A stretch of DNA of 64,000 nt from the NCBI GenBank assembly GCA_964106645.2, contig OZ067040.1, one strand, 5' to 3'. The stretch's first letter is position 1, and every line of letters begins with the position of its first letter. Position numbers and translations under genes: made by a program. Source of the stretch: Podarcis pityusensis (Eukaryota). This document shows positions 38,725 to 51,510 of the stretch, in pieces. The notes under the pieces were generated by a model that saw nothing but the letters and a program-made list of their open reading frames with translations, was not told where the DNA came from and ran no database searches.

Positions 38725-39607
38725 TTTACTTTCTTTCTTTTTTATCCCCATTACCACAGTCATTCTTATGCATGCTTTTTTTTTAAAAAAAAGGTAAACA
38801 ATAATAAAAAAGTAATTGAAGTAATTAAAACTAAGATAGCCATTATGATACATATAAACACATTCATATACATAGATGATGGAACTCACATTACAGAAAC
38901 CTCCCAGCCACCACTGCACAAGCCAAATCTAAGCAAGGGTTTGCCAGGAAAAACACTCTAAATCTCAGCCTTTGCATTAGATGTACACCCAGTTCTAGAT
39001 TATCATGTTGTTGAAGAAGACAATGAAATTCAATAACATACTTCAATCCTGTGCAATTAACATAGCATCTTACATGTTTCTCCTGAGAAGGAAAATTACT
39101 AATTTTGTAGCCAACTTTATTGCCGATTTCAGGTTTAAGTTTAAAATGGTTTTTTTTTTTAATGTAAAGAATCATGTAGTAGAAGGAAAACCAGAAAAAT
39201 AATAATCATGTAACAGAAGTCTATCATTTTCTCTGAAATTTCCAGTGTCACTGAGAATCTTATCTCCATGTAACTTGGGCTGCAATACTATCCCCACTTA
39301 AGGACTACAACCCATTAAATTCAGCAGGACTTTCTTCTGAGTAGACATGGGGAGCACTGTGCTGTTACAAAGGCGTAACCGCCACCTAACACAGAGAGGC
39401 TTGCTTCCATGTAAACATGCCGTTAGAAGAATATCCAGTCTTTATGACAGAACCCACACCACAGTAAACTTTGCACCGGCAAGCAAGCATCCTGTCAAAT
39501 CTATTTATGATACTGCATATTAAGTTCTACACAAATATTCAAGTGCCATTGACTTCAATGGGAGGGTTTACATACTTAGCTCCCTGTTTAACTTTGGCTG
39601 AATCAAT

Positions 39608-39738
39608 GGAGATAGCGCAGTCAGTGGAGCATGAGACTCTTAACCTCAGGGTCATGGGTCTGAGCCCCATGTTGGGAAAAATATTCCTGCATTGCAGGGG
39701 GTTCGACTAGATGACACTTGTGGTCCCTTCCAACTCTA
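39608..39738 (+). mobile_element. tRNA(Lys-like)-headed SINE with a CR1-derived tail
   Basis: A/B-box tRNA head followed by ttcctgcattgcaggggg...gactagatgac...ggtcccttccaactcta. Confidence 0.8.
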
Positions 39739-40250
39739 GATTTTTTTTTATTTTGCAGGATAGTATTGCATCATACACTGATATAAATGCAACAGGGCAT
39801 ATTGTTTCACTTCTGAAAATTTCCCAAGAGCAGCTGGAATGGCAAAAACAACAACAACTCTGCAACACATTGCTACCACAATGATCCCAGTTAGCAAGCT
39901 GCTAATACCATTTATACAACATAGAGGAACAATTCAGGGATAGTTTTGAGTACATTCAGGTCCTAATGATTTCAAGGAGAACTAAAGCATTAGCTTAAAT
40001 TTCCACCAAAATCAATGGGGCATAGAAGTGCTTAACTCTTATCAAATTATGCATCATAATTACAAGCATGGAGCAACGTTAAATCTACTGTACGCGGAAA
40101 ACTATACATAAGCAAACTCAAAATGCTTTGTTCTGCTTAGAAATCAGCCAGGAACCCTATTTTACAACCCAATTAAATCATAGGGAATCATTTCCATGAG
40201 CCAGATGGTTTAAATTACTGCAGGCCAATTTAATAACTTCCATTGTTAAA

Positions 40251-42041
40251 TTATGACTGTGAGGAAAAATACAGACTAGAAATTCCTGAGGAAATGAGCT
40301 CAGCTGCTTCTAGCAATCGTAGCCCTGTGTGGCAGTCAAAAACTGCATTATCAAGGGCTTCTTTATACGTCAATTTCTTCTTTGTCTTGGGACACGTAAT
40401 ACCTTTTAAGTAGAATTTGTCATTTTTCATCTTTGTAGCAGTGACGGCATCAATAATGCCCCTTTTAATAGCTTCTTCCATCGATAATCTGCAATGAGAC
40501 TTGGGATCTATCAATCCACCAGTCAGATGTTGATACTCTAGGCAGCGAGTGCCCATTTCTTTCTCTAGGACATTTGTGTTCATTGCTTCAACGGCTGACA
40601 GAACACTCTTTGTTACAGGGTGAATAATCCCAGTAAAGACCAGTTCACACTGCTGGACGTGCTTAGCAGACGCCTCATCAATCAGCTCCATTTGCAAGGC
40701 CTCAGCCACACTATATCTCTTCCCAGTAAAGGGATCAATTATACCTCCCGTACTTGCTTGTGCTTCAAGGCACCTCAGCGCTGTGGTTCTCTCCACTAGG
40801 TTTTTGCGAGCAGCTTTCAGAAGAGGCATTCTCTCATTTGTCTCGGGCAGCCAGACACCAGCAATGGGGCTGTTGACATCCGTGCGTGGTTTAGAATTGC
40901 TCAACAAAACATCCGCAAGCTCGCTGGCTGTGATTTGCCCTTCCTTGTATTGACTGACCAGCATTCTATCAACTTTGCCATCAGTTAATGCCTCGTCAAT
41001 GTTGAACTGCATTCCAGTTTTTAGGTCTGTCAGCACAAGGTAAGAATTTCCATGGTGATCAAAGCATGTGGATTCTTTCCACTGAAATTCTTGCCCTGAC
41101 AGCTGGAGGTAGGTACTTTTGTCTATCAGGGACTTTTTATAAGCCTCATAGGAGGTCATTTCTGCTCCAGTTGTAATATCTACCACAGATATTTTATGAA
41201 TTTTTTCAGCAGATGGGGTGGTTATTTTTCTCTCCCCAACAGGGAGCAGGAAGCATTTGCTTCCGATATCAAGTAAACACAGTTTCAGCAAATCATTATA
41301 ATACATGGCTTGCCTATTATTTGGATTCTGGAAGACTTTTTTATTACTGGAATGTTCATATATAAATTTCAGAACCGTGTTGTTCAGCAAGCCCAGCTGG
41401 ACCGCAACTTCAGGATGCACACGGACACTTCTCACAGGGTCAATAATACCTCCACTTGCTATCTGAGCTTCAATAAAACTTTTGCCTTTCTGCCTTTCAA
41501 GGATTCTGGTTTCAATTGCTTGATAAACAGACAGCTTTTTCCCAGAAAATAGATATCCTAAAACTGCCTTTTCTGCCTCAAGAAGCCTGCTTTTGTATTC
41601 ATGATCTACAAGTCCCTTGGCAACTGAATCATCAACAGAGTATTTCTGACCTGCTGTGGGGTCAATGATAAAACCAGTGGCGGCCTGGGCTTCAAGCAGT
41701 GCTAACACAGATGCTTTTTCAATTATTCTCTGCTTAGCTGCAGAAGCAAATGAGACCTTCCCTTTACTAGATTCAATATACAACCCAGCTATTGCAGTAG
41801 GCTTAGTCAAAAAATTCTCAAGATTTTTTTGAACCTCAGCAATGGCCTTCTTTCCTGAATGAAGCTGTTCAGCTGTGCTCAGGTCTAGAAGTTTAACTTC
41901 AATCAACTGCTTGGCAGTTACATCATGCCGGAGACCTTGAAATTTGATATTATCATATTCAGAGGGGATCAGAGCAACCTCCTTGGCTTGCTTTTCCTCT
42001 AAGATGGCACTGATCTTTGATAAATCTTCATTTTGGAGATT
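40251..42041 (-). CDS. DST: BPAG1e terminal exon: two plectin-repeat domains (intermediate-filament binding) and stop codon
   Basis: tttacag|AAT start, TAA at 40251-40253. Repeated LLEAQAATGFIIDP / LEAQASTGGIIDP motifs; ends GISSLYFSSQS*. Confidence 0.95.
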   Translation of the reverse strand, partial: NLQNEDLSKISAILEEKQAKEVALIPSEYDNIKFQGLRHDVTAKQLIEVKLLDLSTAEQLHSGKKAIAEVQKNLENFLTKPTAIAGLYIESSKGKVSFASAAKQRIIEKASVLALLEAQAATGFIIDPTAGQKYSVDDSVAKGLVDHEYKSRLLEAEKAVLGYLFSGKKLSVYQAIETRILERQKGKSFIEAQIASGGIIDPVRSVRVHPEVAVQLGLLNNTVLKFIYEHSSNKKVFQNPNNRQAMYYNDLLKLCLLDIGSKCFLLPVGERKITTPSAEKIHKISVVDITTGAEMTSYEAYKKSLIDKSTYLQLSGQEFQWKESTCFDHHGNSYLVLTDLKTGMQFNIDEALTDGKVDRMLVSQYKEGQITASELADVLLSNSKPRTDVNSPIAGVWLPETNERMPLLKAARKNLVERTTALRCLEAQASTGGIIDPFTGKRYSVAEALQMELIDEASAKHVQQCELVFTGIIHPVTKSVLSAVEAMNTNVLEKEMGTRCLEYQHLTGGLIDPKSHCRLSMEEAIKRGIIDAVTATKMKNDKFYLKGITCPKTKKKLTYKEALDNAVFDCHTGLRLLEAAELISSGISSLYFSSQS

Positions 42042-43145
42042 CTGTAAATAGGAATTGTTTGACATAATGAAGGATACTGTACTTAGAAAATAGCATCAAG
42101 TTATTAATCTAGCCCATAAACAGGGAGAGGGAGAGAGATGCAGAATATGAACAGCAAACACTAAGAATCAGCAAACTTTATTAACCCTGGCAATATGGAA
42201 TTTGGTTTGAGAAGGAAAGTGGGATGGAATGACAGCAAAGTGTAAAAAGAGAAACTATCTCTTAGCAATATCATCACCCTTCTAATTGCAAACTCAGGTG
42301 GTGAATGAAGGCAGGAAATCCCCAAGATTCACAGAAGCACTATATATTAAAACCTAAGGGGGCAAAACCAAACAAACCCTCAAAGGAGACAATGCTCAGA
42401 GCATGCTCAGTAGCTATGGAATACAGAGTGCAGCTGGAAAAGAAAAACAAAACACAGCGTGGGAAGAGTGGTACGGCCAGTTTGGAGGGAACTGCTGAGA
42501 GAACCCTGAACAGGGTCACTCCTTTGGCCGAAATGAGAGACTGCACCTTTTTGCTCCAAGTACCACTTTAAAAAATCTAATGCGGATGTGAACAACTTGG
42601 ATTTGTGAATTTCTTTCTTCATTCTAGGAAGCCAGGCCTGTTGTATGTGCAGTACAATACTTAAGAGAGATCTTGGACTTCTGTAGGCCACAAAAAATCA
42701 TTCGGCAGTTGGATGGGGAGCTTTTAAGGCTAGAAGTGCACTTTTTGCCTCCACCTCATGTCTTGTTGAAATCATAGGGTGTGGGGACAACTGTGGGCAG
42801 AGAATGGTGTAAAGACACATCATTCTGCCTGCTGCTTTTATCCGGCAAACACCATTTTGCAGAGAAGTGTGCTCTTCGGTATGTAGGGCCCCCTCTTTTA
42901 AACAAATGGGGAACCTTTTGGTGGGTGAAATTTTTGCTTCCACACATGCAAGCAACTTCTGCATCTGCACAAATGTCTTGGGGTTATAATGCGGATTGAT
43001 GCGTGCCAGATGTAAGAAAGTGTTCGATATCAGATAAGATGAAAACATAGAAATAGAACAGAAAAGCAATGAAGATTACAGGAGAACAGAAAGTTGTAAC
43101 AACAACACCCAAGCAATATCAAACGCCATCAAATGTGCCATGTAC

Positions 43146-45833
43146 CTCCAATGGATGCAGGCGCTTCCCTAAGCCCACTTCATAACTCTCTTCAAGCCTG
43201 GAACTGAGGAGTTTGCCGTCTCTCAATTTATCTATTTCTGAAATTCTTGTGATAGGGTTGCTCTTATCAACCGTTATCTCAAACTCTGTGCTTGTCTGGG
43301 AAACATATTCGGCATAGGACTGTTGACTTATTCCATTTTCCAGTTGGTGGGTTACTCCGGACAACTGGAATGGCTTCTCTCGTTGCAATGAATCAGTGGC
43401 AACTGTTTGCAACTTCTGTGCAACCAGCGGTTCAGATTTGCAACTTGAGCCACTTAGGTGTCTCCTTCTTAATAAAGGAGATGTGGTCGTACAGAGGTTA
43501 ATATGTTCAAAATCTCTTGGGGAGGTGTCTCCCAAGTAACTAAACCCATTTCCCTTCCACCCAAAGTCTAACTGGATGTTCCTTTTGTTGATCTCATTCT
43601 GAAACCAACGCAGCTGATTGCCGTGATCTCTTTTCTGCAGGTCTATTTGGTGCTTCAAGTTCTCTACTGTCCGCCTCTGCATTTGCAACTCTTCTTCCAT
43701 TTTGCGGTATTTCTGCACATACTCCATTTCTGCATGCTTGCCTTGCTGAAGCTGCTCACGGGATTTCTGAAGTCTGTCTTGCAGGTCTTCAATTTGAAGT
43801 TTATACATTCTAATGTTGTCTTGAGCCATATGGTTTTCTTGCTGCAGGGTGATGCATTCCATCCTGATACCAGATATGTCATTTTCCGCTATGTTGTGAG
43901 TTTCCAAGAGTTTTTCAAATTTCTTCCTAAACTCTTCCGCAGAATGCTTGAACGCAATTGATTCTTCCTGAAGTAAAGCCACATTTTGGCGTGCCATTTG
44001 TTCCTCCAAGGTCTTCTGATGCAAGTCATCTTGCAGCTTCTTCATCTTGCTATTGAGCTCATGAATATGGGACTGCTGCTGCTGGACCTTCTGCTCATTC
44101 ATCTTCATTTCCATAGTGAATGTGCTCATCTGAGTACGTAGATTTCTTATTTCCATCTCTGCATTCATGTTATAAGCATTGTCCCTGTCACATTTCTGCT
44201 TAAATTCACCGGCTAATTCTTTTGCTTTTATTAGCTCATCTTCTAATCTCTTGATGTGATCCAAGTGCTCCTGCTCAAGTATTATCTGTTTGTGCAGTTG
44301 TTCGTTTGTGATACGTAGTTGCTCTTTGAAACCTTCAGCCAGGGCTTTTAATTCATCATTTTTTCTGTCAATAATTTGTCTTTCAAGAATTATCTTCTCT
44401 GAATCAGTCCGGACTTCAGTCATCATTATTTTGGTCTCGCTGTTCCATCTAGAAAGCTCCTCAACCTTCTGTTTTAACTTTTCCACTAGGTGATTGCTAT
44501 CTGCTAAATCATCTTTCAGTCTTTGAATTTTCAGCTGGTTTTCTTTTTCTTCTCTTGTCTTTTGAAGGAATTGTTCCTGCATTTTTTTTAACTGTTCTTG
44601 TAGGCTGGTTGCTTCCCCTCTGCTTGAAACAGTTCTTTGTTCAGCTGCCATTTTTTCTTGCTGAAGAGAAGTGATTTGGGAATGCAATTGCTGAATAGTA
44701 ATTCCAGTGTGTGTGTGTGTCCTAGCCAACTCTTCCAGCTCCATCTTTAACAGTGCCTTCTCCTTCTGAAGTGACCTCAGCTCTTCTTGATACTTCATAT
44801 TTATTTTCTTCAGATCCATGGCTTCTTGCATTACCTCTTCAGCTTTGCCTGTGGTTTTCTGCAGCTGCCTGTCAAGCTCCTTCAGCTGCTCCAAGTATCC
44901 TTGCTCTACCAGCTCTTTCTGATCCAGCTCTACTTTAAGGCGCCTGAGAGAATTATTGGCATCATCCAGTTTTTCTTTTAGTAAGCGAGCCTTTTCTTCA
45001 GCAGACGCATTCTGCAGTTCAAGTTCACACAGTTCGTATTTTAGGTCTTTGATGGTTTTCTCGGACTTTTTGTTGGCAAATGTTAGCTCATCCACCAGTT
45101 GCTGGAATTCCTCAATGTTTTTCAGTTCTTGCTTTTCTCTGAAAATGTCTGAACCTGTTGGCAACAGAGTTTCTTGTCCTATTATAGTAATTTGCCTTCT
45201 GACTTCAGTTATTTCCTTTTCTCTGCACTTGCTTTTCACCAGACTACCTTGAAACTCCATGTCTTGTTCCATTTCCTTAATGAGTTTCACAAGTTTCTCT
45301 TCTTCAGCAGTCTTCTTCCTCAGCTCCTCCATCAGTGCTTTCTTTTGCTGCTCTAAATCTTGAAGATTGGTGTCCTTCCTTCTTAACTTATCTTCAAGAG
45401 CATCTCTAGCCACAGCAGTTTCCTCTAGCTGCATTCTGAAAGCTCTGAACTTTTCTTCAACCATACTTCTCTGAGCCTCAGTCTTCAAAGCGAGCTGCTT
45501 CACACGCTCCAATTCCTGCTCTGCGTCTTCTTTCTCTTTAAGAGCATCCTCTAGTTCCATGCGATAGCGCTTTGCTTCTTGCTCAGCCTTGGCTTTCTGG
45601 AGAGAAATCTCCTCCATTTTTGTCTGCTGCTTCTTCATTTCTTTCTCTGCATCGGCCTTTGCTTTTGGAAGTTCTACTTCCAACTGGAACTTCTGTTTCC
45701 TCAACTCATCCAACATCTCCTCAAGCTCGTTTATCCTCTCCATAAGTTTTCTGTTCTCACTCATTACTTCTTTTTGCTGCTGCTCCAGATCAGAATATTC
45801 ACCACGTACTAGTGCCTCCTTATTCTTCAGGAT
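43146..45833 (-). CDS. DST: BPAG1e (BP230)-specific coiled-coil rod exon, 896 codons
   Basis: ttggcag|ATC start and GAG|gtacat end; 2688 nt, phase 0/0. E/K/Q/L heptad-rich and collinear with the recalled human BP230 rod (e.g. EEISLQKAKAEQEAKRYR, YVSQTSTEFEITVDKSNPITRISEI). Confidence 0.94.
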
Positions 45834-48446
45834 CTGCCAAAAAAATAAGGCAACAAGAAACATTGAAATCCATTCTTTTAAAACATTAGGTAATGTTGTA
45901 ATGTTAAAATGCACAGTTGCAAATACTTACAAACTTCAACTACAGCATGTCAGCAGCACAGACTGAGGGATTCCCACCACCACTGTCACCATCAGAAAGG
46001 GACCGTTAGTTAGAGTAAAGAGAAAGCTGCATGAAGGAATCCACCAGCTGAAGTCCTCAAGAAGAATCCCTTTGCTTTCAGGATAAGAGTTGTTTCATAG
46101 GTTGAAGGTGATGCCCAGAAGCTCACTTGCATGAGTCCTTGCTTAAAAGCTACAGAGCAACTTCTCAGCAAAACACACCATGCAAGAAAAAAGCACTTCC
46201 TCATTTGATGGTTAGTTGAATAAGAAGAGGAGAGCGTTTTAGTGTAAAACATGATACAATTAGCAAGAAACCACATTTAATTAGCCATGTCCTTCAACAA
46301 TAGTTATTCAGGCTCTGAACATAATGCTCTTTCTTTTAACAAAAGACTAGCACAACGTTACAGTATCATTAACTCACCAAGACATACTAAGGCAAAGGCA
46401 GCTTTATTTCCTTCTGGGTTGAATTTAATTCTTTCTAAATATTGCTGTTAAATGAGATTTTATTTTCCAGTAGATGTCCCATTACACCAATAAATGCGAC
46501 ATCTACTGGTATATAACACAAACCACAAGATACTTGGAAACACCAATGCTAAAGATCATTAAAATGTAATAATTTAATTATCTCCCCGCCCACTAATCCT
46601 GATCAGCAAAACAAGTTGTCAGCTGGGAGGTTTCTGTAGCTGATGTTGCTACATAAATGAATAAAAGGAATGATTATGCAAATCAACAGCTTAGCAGTTT
46701 GTTTAAATATTGCAACTCCATTGAATCAGTTTTAAATCAATTTTCCCACCACACAAAGACATATTTAAGTTTCAAGTGATGATTAGGAATGATTTTGAAG
46801 TTGTATTTATTGCTATAATACTATTATATTCATTATGATTGCCTCTGATTTTCAATATAACTATGTACCTCTTTCTTTTTTATTTCTTCCTTTTGGCCTA
46901 TGCTTTCTCTGCACATTCTTGATTCAAAAACTGGCTGTTCGTTTCCTGTGTTTCCATACTTTGTTCTCCTGACATCCTCTCTCAGTTTAGGATTTTTGTC
47001 TTCTTCGAGTAGCTTTGAATGGTCATGTACATCTTTATGCAGCACTGACTCAGCTAGAAAAACTCATTCCTTTTTTTTTAAACATATCCACTTCCATCTC
47101 TACATTTTCTTTGTGAACACCAGTGAATAGAGTGGTCAAACCACAGACAATGTTCTGTGTCAAACTCTCAGCGTTAGCAGATTGCAAGAAAGGGTATCTT
47201 CAAATTTTTCCTTTCTTGGTTCATGTCCAAATTATCCTTCCTCAAAATTATTTTGCTTCGGGAACTGGCCAGCACTACATCACTATTTATTTGAATAATG
47301 TAACAATACTGAATTCATATTTTGGTTGATGTTGCTTTGCATCATACCATAATTTAGTTCATACACTTTTAGACTATGCTGTATAACTGTGTTTTCTACT
47401 GTGTAAACCTTTGAAACAGCACAGAAACAAGTTGTGCTTCCTTGGCCTTCAACATTTATTTTCCTTGGAGTATGTACAGTCTTTCTTGTGGGGTAGCTGT
47501 TCTAAAATTGCTGCTATCTAGAGACATATTATGTAATGTATTAGTAGTATTCACCTATCAGAAGGACACATGTTTTAATTGTTGCTGCACTGTCTTACTG
47601 ATTCCTTCCTTGGTTTTAAATTGCTTAGGGCAGTTTTGCAATAATGGCTAACAATTCAGCTGTTTGACTATTCTCTTCCACTTTTATCAGTACTCTGTGA
47701 GAATATTTTTCGAAGCCTTTATTCAGGTTCTCAGGGTGCAACCTTTCTGAAGGGCAAGTGGGTTGTTCAATTGGGCTGATTCCCGTGGGATAATGTCCTG
47801 CCTTCAGACTTCTATTCTCATCACAGGCTCGGAATTAGTTTTTCCATGTGCTCTTGCTCTCTCCTTCAGTGAAATAGACCATTTAAATTTCTCCTCCCTT
47901 TCATCAGCAACATGCACTGCCTCCACTGGCAGCTTTGTCTGCCTGCCATTTTTATTTGCAGACTGAATAGAAAACTCTTTTCTGAATTGGTCTTGTTCAA
48001 TACTATACATCACAGGAACTACTGAAATATCTTTGCTTGCATGCAGATGCCTCCCTTCGCTATACTTTCCAATCTTGTCCATCCTGTCATCACTACTTAG
48101 ACTACTATAAAATCCAACTGCTAAGTTGAAAGCACGGCAGTGTGAGAGAGCTTATGAGCCAATAAATATAAAGGTATTTTACAAGTTTCTCAGTACCTTA
48201 GGGAAATTCTCATATAGAACCAATATCCTGCAATAGAATTTTAGCAAACTAAAGTAGTAAAAATAGTAAGGACAATGAGAGCGGATAATTTCAGGTCAGT
48301 CTTGGTGTTCACTAGATATGTGATGTCAACCTTCATTTTATATCTAGAGAGTACATAAGGAGTTCACATCATCTATCCTTATACTTAAAAAAGTATAGCT
48401 GTCTTAGTGGTTTTACCATCCCTTTGAAAGTTATCTGCTGACTTAC

Positions 48447-48545
48447 CTCTTCCTCCTCCAGCCTTTTGAGAGAGTCACCAGCAAACTTTATATACTGAGT
48501 CATCAAGGTCACCAAAGCTGTGTAGCGTGTTCGTAAGTCCATAAA
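48447..48545 (-). CDS. DST: Last exon shared by all isoforms, end of plakin domain ([33 protein letters not shown])
   Basis: ttgcag| and |gtaagt; 99 nt, phase 0/0; hallmark plakin C-terminal sequence. Confidence 0.97.
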
Positions 48546-49923
48546 CTGCAATGAAACAGAGGAACAGTACTGATTCATGCTGAAATGGAGTGTCTTAAAT
48601 TTATTTACTTTTATATAGAACAAATAAGGTTACAATATGATTTCTGAAATAAAAATGCACTGCGTCTTCCTAAATCATAATATACAAAACACATTAGAAA
48701 GATGACCCTGAGTCCAACAGATTCTTAGAAGAATCAGTGTAACAAACAGAGTGTTGAGAGGAGTTGACTTCTGTCTGCTTTGGGGATAGCAGGTGTGGAG
48801 GTGCTCTTAAGAATGAAAGATGAAGGAGCAAATTCATCATGGGATTAACCTGCTAACCCCTCATGCCTTAAATCATTTATTTTATGAATTATTGAATGCA
48901 ATGAATCCCAACACATTTTTCTGGATGAAGCAGGGACATCATTCAGTATGTTATATTAGAAAAGGATGCTTCAGGGTCCCAAAAAGATACAAGGGTTACA
49001 GCCATATAAAGGAACATAACCCTTCATATATCATTCTGTAACTCTTTGTGTTCTGGCTATCATTCACAGAGTCTGTGATTATATTCAGTCTTGATTGCAC
49101 TTAATCTCTATCTTGCTGATGGAGGAGCTTGCAAACTCTTGAACAAAGAAATGTCTATTTGCAGCCTCATTTCATTAACAGCCAGGGATAGGTTCCAAAC
49201 GCTGGCCAGTTTGTTGTACTTTTACCCTATGGTCACCAGTATCCACATTTTAATCTAAGTTCTTTAGATCCTTTAACTCTAAAGAACGCCCTACCTACAC
49301 TGAACTTCTAAATTGCAGTGTTTTCGGGTTTTTTGTTTACAAATCCTTATTAACTCTTTTGAACACATTAATCTACCTTATACCGAATCAGACCAACTTT
49401 CCAGCCAGTTCGGTACTATCTATGCTGATGAGTAAAAGCTCTCCAAGATATCATCCACCAGATGTTCCTTGTCATGCAACCTGTGATTCCTCTTGCTAGA
49501 GATGCCAGTAGTTGAACCGGGAACCTTCTTCATGCAAATCATGTACTCTACCTCTGAGCAACCACCTTTCTTCTGAATCACGGGCACTGGCCACAGTCCA
49601 CTGTACATTTGCAAATTACACTGAAGTTGATGATATGGAAAGTGGTGAAACTGTACCCTGGAATAATGTGGTAAACTAATCTATGTAACCCTGGCAACGT
49701 CAGATGACTAATGTTTGCCACATTGGGCTCTCTGACTGGATATAGTAGCTGTAGCCAGACTAGCTGCACCCAAAATGAAGCAGCAGGGTGTAACACGATC
49801 AATTACTAGCTTTGTATATTTAGACTGAAAGTATTTCATGAATGTAGCTCAAAAGCTTTCACAATGCAGAAGTGGAATGCGGGTCATTATAAAGCATTAT
49901 AATATTAAGGCACGTCCAACTAC

Positions 49924-50031
49924 CTCTTGGATAATGAAATCAGAGGAGCTTTGCATTCTTCGGCGTTTCACTGGAGATTTTTGCTGGGAGTCAACCATGG
50001 CTCTGTATGTCATCGTTTGCAACTCGTAGTC
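49924..50031 (-). CDS. DST: DST plakin exon with basic NLS-like motif ([36 protein letters not shown])
   Basis: ctgcag| and |gtagtt; 108 nt, phase 0/0. PVKRRR corresponds to the nuclear localisation motif described for mammalian dystonin. Confidence 0.95.
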
Positions 50032-50759
50032 CTGCAGAAAATAAATGGAAATAGGTAAACCTGTAAGCTACTTGTTCCATACTAGGAGTCTTTCAAGTGC
50101 TGCATAAATTCATCTGAGTACTAAAGACTATGGGTGATATCCAATGGCGACTGGTCTGCTGACAGAAGGGAATCTGTCAGGAGAACTGGGAAGGAGGCAA
50201 TTGTAGGCAATCCCCCTATAGCATACGATCTGGACAGTTCTAGATCACCCTCTAGATCTGGACAGTTGGAAGGTGGAGAACACCTTCCAGAACAGATTTT
50301 GAGGGGGAGGGGATGCAAGGTATTGGGAGGGAAAGATTACCTCCTGTCAGCTGACAGTCACCAGAAGATATCCTGGATATCTTGTGACACTAGGGCAGTG
50401 AAGCTGGAGTGTAAAAGAAGACAATGCAGCTGCTATGGAACTCACATTATAACTGGACTTGGAAACAGCAACTTCCCTCAGCTCAACTGGCAGGTTTCAT
50501 TGATGGTTTTCCATACAAAACCTGTCACTCTGGAAACAGAGGTAGAGATAGGAAGAATGCCTGCACACAGCTGAACAGAACTACAGGAGATTTCTCTTGG
50601 CTTTTCTCTGTTGCTTTGGTGACAGGTAAAGATGCCACTCAAGTGGGTAGGTTGGATTGTCTGATTACAGACTACACCCTGCAGCACAGGAGAGGATGGA
50701 TGGTGGGGTGGCACTGTACACCTGACCTCTGCTCCGTGCTGCTGCTGCAGTTTAAGATA

Positions 50760-51130
50760 AAAAAAGGTAAAGGACCCCATGATGGCTAAGTCCAGTCAAA
50801 GGCAACTATGGGGTGCAGCGTTCATCTCACTTTCAGGCCGAGGGAGCTGGTGTGTGTCCACAGACAGCTTTTCCAGGTCATGTGGCCAGCATGACTAAAC
50901 TGCTTCTGGCACAACGGAACACTGTGATGGAAACTAGAGTGCACAGAAACGCCTTTTACTTTCCCACCGCAGAGGTACATATTTATCTACTTGCACTGGC
51001 ATGCTTTCGAACTGCTAGGTTGGCAGGAGCTGGAACAGAGCAATGGAGCCCACCCCGTCACAGGGATTTGAACCGCCAACCTTCTGATCGGCAAGCCTAA
51101 GAGGCTCAGTGGTTTAGACCACAGCGCCAC
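50760..51130 (-). mobile_element. Sauria SINE, near full length, divergent subfamily
   Basis: Reverse complement begins gtggcgctgtggtctaaaccac, contains the B-box and the gtagataaata core, and ends in tttacctttttt. Confidence 0.88.
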
Positions 51131-51510
51131 TACAAGGTAGAGGGGCAAGGTGAGGTGAGGTGGCAGCAAGGTCAGCATTTTGCAAATGCACTGGAAGGAG
51201 CACCGGATTCCCTATGCTAGAGGTCAGCTGAGAGCCGCCACCCCAGCCCACTACTGCTGCCAGCGCCCACTGACACAATGCAGCCTAACAATGTGGATTG
51301 GAGCAGCAGCTGTGGCAGTAACAGCAACATGTGAAGCAATGTGTAAAGTGTATCTCTCAGAAGACACGGCAGCTTCCACATTTCCATACCCAGACTTCCA
51401 GGTGCAGGAACAGCAGCGTCACTGTCGTCATTCTGGATGCTGAGCAATGCTCACATTTCCACAAAGAATTAAAAAAGAATAATGACTGTGCACAGAAGTT
51501 ATAGTTTTAC

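Noticed and set aside
39608-39680. tRNA-Lys-like sequence (also 3028-3085) as tRNA genes
   Set aside because: Degenerate stems; one copy is fused to a CR1 tail and the other is truncated, so both are SINE heads.
26986-45914. ORF-track starts and stops of the three long ORFs (1891, 604 and 931 aa) as separate genes
   Set aside because: They are exons of DST. The listed starts, and the stops of the 1891- and 931-aa ORFs, lie in introns or inside exons; splice sites define the real boundaries.
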